From Prochlorococcus marinus subsp. pastoris str. CCMP1986 (GTDB lineage: Bacteria > Cyanobacteriota > Cyanobacteriia > PCC-6307 > Cyanobiaceae), in NCBI RefSeq assembly GCF_000011465.1, contig NC_005072.1, positions 1,140,001 to 1,172,000 of the forward strand: DNA of 32,000 nucleotides. Direction: 5' to 3'. This document shows positions 28,587 to 32,000 of this stretch, piece by piece (positions within the stretch are counted from its first letter, which is position 1; every line of letters begins with the position of its first letter). Both the position numbers and the translations under genes were made by a program. The notes beneath the pieces are model-generated. The model was not told where the DNA came from. It did no database searches and saw only the letters and a program-made list of their open reading frames with translations.

Positions 28587-29534
28587 ATGAATATTTTAGT
28601 AACTGGAGGAAATGGATATAAAGGGAGTGTATTAATTCCAAAGCTGCTTGAAAAAGGACACCACGTGACATCAATAGATATTAATTGGTTCGGAGAATAT
28701 CTCTTGCCTCATAAAAACCTTAAAGTCTTTAAAAAAGATATCAGAGAAATTAAGTTAGAGGATTTGAAAGGGATTGAAACTATTATTCATTTAGCAAATA
28801 TCGCAAATGATCCTTTGGTTGAATTAGAACCACAGTTAAGTTGGGAGGTTAATGTATTAGCTAGTCAGCAATTAGCTGAAAAAGCAGTTAAATCAGGAGG
28901 AGTTAAAAATTTCATCTTTGCTAGTTCAGGCAGTGTTTATGGCATTAGTGATAAAGAAAAAGTTACCGAAGAAACTGATTTATTACCTATTTCTGAATAT
29001 AACAAGACAAAAATGGTTGCAGAAAGGATTTTTTTAAGTTATAAAGATTCGATGAATATTTTTTGTATAAGACCTGCTACTGTTTGTGGAGTATCTCCAA
29101 GAATGAGATTAGATGTATCAGTAAATGTCCTAACATATTCTGCTCTATCAAAAGGAATTATTACTGTATTTGGCGGCGATCAAATAAGACCAAATATACA
29201 TATTGATGATATATGTGATTTATATATATTCTTTATTGATAATTATAAAAGACTTGAATCAGGATTCTATAATGCTGGTTTTGAAAACATTTCAATTATG
29301 GATATAGCAAAATATGTAAAAGAAATTCTTCCAAATACGATCATAAATGTTACACCATCAAATGATCCTAGATCATATCGTCAGTGTTCTGACAAAATTT
29401 TAAAGCTTGGCTTTATGCCAAAAAAGAATGTGAAAATTGCAATACAAGAAATAATTAAAGAATTCAAAAATAATAAATTAAATACAAATGAAACATGTTT
29501 TTCCGTTAAGTGGCTTAAAAAGTCATTTAAATAG
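28587..29534 (+). CDS. NAD-dependent epimerase/dehydratase (SDR, UDP-glucose-4-epimerase-like)
   Basis: 'MNILVTGGNGYKGSVLIPKLLEKGHHVTSID', 'FIFASSGSVYGISDKEKVTEETDLLPISEYNKTK', 'IRPATVCGVSPRMRLDVSVNVLTYSALSKG', 'GGDQIRPNIHIDDI'. Confidence 0.88.
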   Translation: MNILVTGGNGYKGSVLIPKLLEKGHHVTSIDINWFGEYLLPHKNLKVFKKDIREIKLEDLKGIETIIHLANIANDPLVELEPQLSWEVNVLASQQLAEKAVKSGGVKNFIFASSGSVYGISDKEKVTEETDLLPISEYNKTKMVAERIFLSYKDSMNIFCIRPATVCGVSPRMRLDVSVNVLTYSALSKGIITVFGGDQIRPNIHIDDICDLYIFFIDNYKRLESGFYNAGFENISIMDIAKYVKEILPNTIINVTPSNDPRSYRQCSDKILKLGFMPKKNVKIAIQEIIKEFKNNKLNTNETCFSVKWLKKSFK

Positions 29535-29557
29535 CTACAAATTTTTTTATTTTAAGA

Positions 29558-30517
29558 ATGTCTAAAAATGCACCTTTAGTCACTATTGGAATACTTTGTT
29601 TCAACGCTGAATCTTCAATTTTAAATGCCTTAAGTAGTGCATTAAATCAAACCTATAAAAAAAAAGAGATTATAGTTATAGATGATTGTTCAACTGATAA
29701 TTCATTAAAAGTTATAAAGGAAAGTAAATATATAAATGACATTAAGGTTTTTAAAAATAAACAAAACAAAGGTGCCGCTTATTCAAGGAATATCATAACT
29801 AAGAAATCAAAAGGTTCTTATATATGCTATATGGATGATGATGATTTCTCAGACAAAAAAAGAATCGAAATTCAACTAAAAGGAATAATTGATGAAGGAT
29901 TTAAGAAAAGTGATTGTGTAATATCTATTTGCAATATAAACAGAGAATATTCCTCTGGATATATAAAAGAGATGAAAGTATTTGGCTCAAAAGCTTTAAA
30001 ACCCAATAATTATGAAATGATAGATTTTTTACTTTTTAATGAAAAAAAAGCAAAAGTTGATTATGGTTTTGGATGTCCAGCTTGTGCAATGTTAATCTCT
30101 AAAAAAGCTTTAGAAATTGTTAAAGGTTTTGATGAAACTCTAAAGAGAGTTGAAGATATGGATATAACTATAAGACTTTCTAGAGAGGGTTGTAATTTTA
30201 TTAATTCAAAAAAGACCTTTGTTAATCAGCTTTCAACTCTAGGAGAAGATAAATTGCCTATTAACAATTTAAAATCTGAAATACAAATCATAAAAAAAAA
30301 TAAAAACTACTTAAAAAATAAAAATATTTATTCTTATAGTAGATTATGGCCATATTTGCGTTTCTACCATTTCACCGGAAATTACTTTTTTTTAATATTT
30401 TTTCTTATAGTTATATTTTTTATAAATCCCAAGAGAACTCTATACCATTTCATTTCATCAACAATAAATAGAATTAAACATGAGCATAAAATAAAAAATT
30501 TTAAAAAAAGGGACTAA
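29558..30517 (+). CDS. GT2-family glycosyltransferase
   Basis: 'PLVTIGILCFNAESSILNALSSALNQTYKKKEIIVIDDCSTDNSLKVI', 'NKGAAYSRN', 'YICYMDDDDFS', 'GFDETLKRVEDMDITIRL'. Confidence 0.92.
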   Translation: MSKNAPLVTIGILCFNAESSILNALSSALNQTYKKKEIIVIDDCSTDNSLKVIKESKYINDIKVFKNKQNKGAAYSRNIITKKSKGSYICYMDDDDFSDKKRIEIQLKGIIDEGFKKSDCVISICNINREYSSGYIKEMKVFGSKALKPNNYEMIDFLLFNEKKAKVDYGFGCPACAMLISKKALEIVKGFDETLKRVEDMDITIRLSREGCNFINSKKTFVNQLSTLGEDKLPINNLKSEIQIIKKNKNYLKNKNIYSYSRLWPYLRFYHFTGNYFFLIFFLIVIFFINPKRTLYHFISSTINRIKHEHKIKNFKKRD

Positions 30518-30518
30518 T

Positions 30519-31619
30519 ATGAGAAATAATAAAAAAAGGATAATTGGATTTGTATGCACCAGTTTTGATAATGTAGCAGGTGGATTAGAAAGGCAAATTA
30601 TTAGAACTAGTGAAAGTTTAAATTTAAAAGGATACAAAATTTATATTATTAGTTTTGATAATAATTCAGCAAAATCTTTCTACCAAATTCCAAATCAGAT
30701 TGAGTGGTTAAAATGCGGAAATGGTCTTAAACCTCATACATCGGCAAAAAAATACCAAAGGTTAAAGCAAATTTTACATCTAAGAAAAACAATAAAAAAA
30801 TATAAAATTACAGATATTATTACTTTCCATCATGGAATATTTCCAAGAGTCTTTTTAGCTTCATTTGCATTAAAAATTATTCATATTGTCTCGGAAAGAA
30901 ATTCTCTTAAAAATTACGATTATATAAAATTGAATAAAATAAATTTAGGATTTCTTTCTCTATTTTTTGCTAATAAAATTACAGTCCAACTAAAATCATA
31001 TATAAAAGATTATCCATTCTTTTTAAGAAAAAAAATATATGTCATTAGTAATATTTTAAAGAATCCCTTAGAAAAATATAAAGCCCCAGACTTAAATAGT
31101 AATAAGGTTGCAATGGCTGGAAGATTATGTGCCCAAAAGAACTTTACTCCTCTTTTAGATCAAATCAAAAAATCAAATTCAAATGAAATTGAAGTATCAA
31201 TAGCTGGTGAAGGAGGGTTGAGATCTTTTTTAGAAAAAGAATATAACGAGCAAATTAAAAATTCTACCTTAAATTTAAGAGGAAATATTAAAAATATTGA
31301 CTCATTTTTTTCTGAATCCGCAATATTTTGTTTCCCTTCATTATGGGAAGGATATCCAAATTCGCTTGTCGAGGCCTTAAGGATGGGACTTCCAATTGTT
31401 ACTTCTAAAAGGATGAAATACTTAACAGAATTTGTAGAAAATAATGTCAATGGATTGATCCTTGATGATAATGATTTTCTATTTGAAATTAAGAAATTAA
31501 TAGTTGACAAGGAGAGATTAAATTTTATGAGTTTACAAAGCCACAATAAATATATTGCTTTATGCAAAAGAAATCCTATTAAAGATTGGATTAAACTAAT
31601 AGAAAGTAATTATCAGTAA
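30519..31619 (+). CDS. GT4-family glycosyltransferase
   Basis: 'GGLERQIIRTSESLNLKGYKIYIISFD', 'VAMAGRLCAQKNFTPLLDQIKKS', 'ISVSIAGEGGLR'-type region 'IEVSIAGEGGLRSFLEKEY', 'FCFPSLWEGYPNSLVEALRMGLPIVTSKR'. Confidence 0.93.
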   Translation: MRNNKKRIIGFVCTSFDNVAGGLERQIIRTSESLNLKGYKIYIISFDNNSAKSFYQIPNQIEWLKCGNGLKPHTSAKKYQRLKQILHLRKTIKKYKITDIITFHHGIFPRVFLASFALKIIHIVSERNSLKNYDYIKLNKINLGFLSLFFANKITVQLKSYIKDYPFFLRKKIYVISNILKNPLEKYKAPDLNSNKVAMAGRLCAQKNFTPLLDQIKKSNSNEIEVSIAGEGGLRSFLEKEYNEQIKNSTLNLRGNIKNIDSFFSESAIFCFPSLWEGYPNSLVEALRMGLPIVTSKRMKYLTEFVENNVNGLILDDNDFLFEIKKLIVDKERLNFMSLQSHNKYIALCKRNPIKDWIKLIESNYQ

Positions 31620-32000
31620 TGCAACAAGAAGCTTTATTAACATGTGCATTTTCAACTTATAATGCATCAGAAACTATAGAATTTGCAATAGAATCTGCTT
31701 TTAATCAAACATATAAAAATAAAGAGTATTTAATAATAGATGACTGTTCAAATGATAATACTTTGAAAATTATTAGTGAAATAAATAAGAAAAAAAATAA
31801 TGTTATCCATATTGTCAAAAACGATAAAAATAGAGGTATAGGAGAAGTTAGAAATCAATTAATAAAATTATCGAATGGAGTATTTATTGCTTTTTTTGAT
31901 CATGATGACTACAGCCATCCAGATAGAGTTAAAGAGCAAATAAAATCAATTCAAAGATTCGAAAAGAAGCATAATATTCAATCAGAAAATTCACCTTTAT
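31619..32000 (+). CDS. GT2-family glycosyltransferase, 3'-truncated by window edge
   Basis: Not in the ORF track. My translation from the ATG at 31619 (TAATG overlap with the previous stop): MQQEALLTCAFSTYNASETIEFAIESAFNQTYKNKEYLIIDDCSNDNTLKII...NDKNRGIGEVRNQLIKLSNGVFIAFFDHDDYSHPDRVKEQ, open to the edge. Confidence 0.92.
   Translation, partial: MQQEALLTCAFSTYNASETIEFAIESAFNQTYKNKEYLIIDDCSNDNTLKIISEINKKKNNVIHIVKNDKNRGIGEVRNQLIKLSNGVFIAFFDHDDYSHPDRVKEQIKSIQRFEKKHNIQSENSPL

Noticed and set aside
28417-28674. 85-aa minus-strand ORF spanning the gap between the kinase fusion and the SDR gene
   Set aside because: Overlaps well-supported coding sequence on both sides and ends in low-complexity sequence; no family resemblance.
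31160-31567. 135-aa minus-strand ORF
   Set aside because: Antisense to the conserved C-terminal half of a GT4 gene.

Overview
This window is an AT-rich, marine picocyanobacterium-like (probably Prochlorococcus; inference from coding style and gene content) surface-polysaccharide / O-antigen biosynthesis region. It is bounded on the left by housekeeping genes: a 5'-truncated rsmI, a small membrane ORF, an HTH-like protein and a tRNA-Arg(TCT). The main content is: (i) manC, tRNA-Arg and a Wzy/O-antigen-ligase-like membrane protein; (ii) a long minus-strand block with two paralogous GT-C-like membrane proteins flanking a CDP-3,6-dideoxyhexose-type module (rfbF, rfbG, an RfbH/ColD-like protein, a reductase-like SDR, an RfbE-like epimerase) and two lipid-carrier-type GT2 enzymes; (iii) fcl, gmd, galE and a UDP-glucuronate-4-epimerase-like gene; (iv) a Wza-like export protein; (v) a heptose cassette (gmhB, LhgO-like oxidase, hddC-like, gmhA-like, fused nucleotidylyltransferase-PfkB kinase); (vi) an SDR and three glycosyltransferases, the last cut by the right edge. 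No CRISPR array, transposase, integrase, defence or phage gene was found. The most interesting items are: the RfbH-position enzyme has the His-for-Lys active site but lacks all Fe-S cysteines, next to CDP-sugar genes; an LhgO-like flavoenzyme is translationally packed inside a heptose operon; the HldE-like fusion has reversed domain order and GmhA shows altered apparent metal ligands; and direct-repeat GT-C paralogs bracket the dideoxysugar cassette. None amounts to a demonstrated new system. They are testable biochemical and genomic hypotheses.
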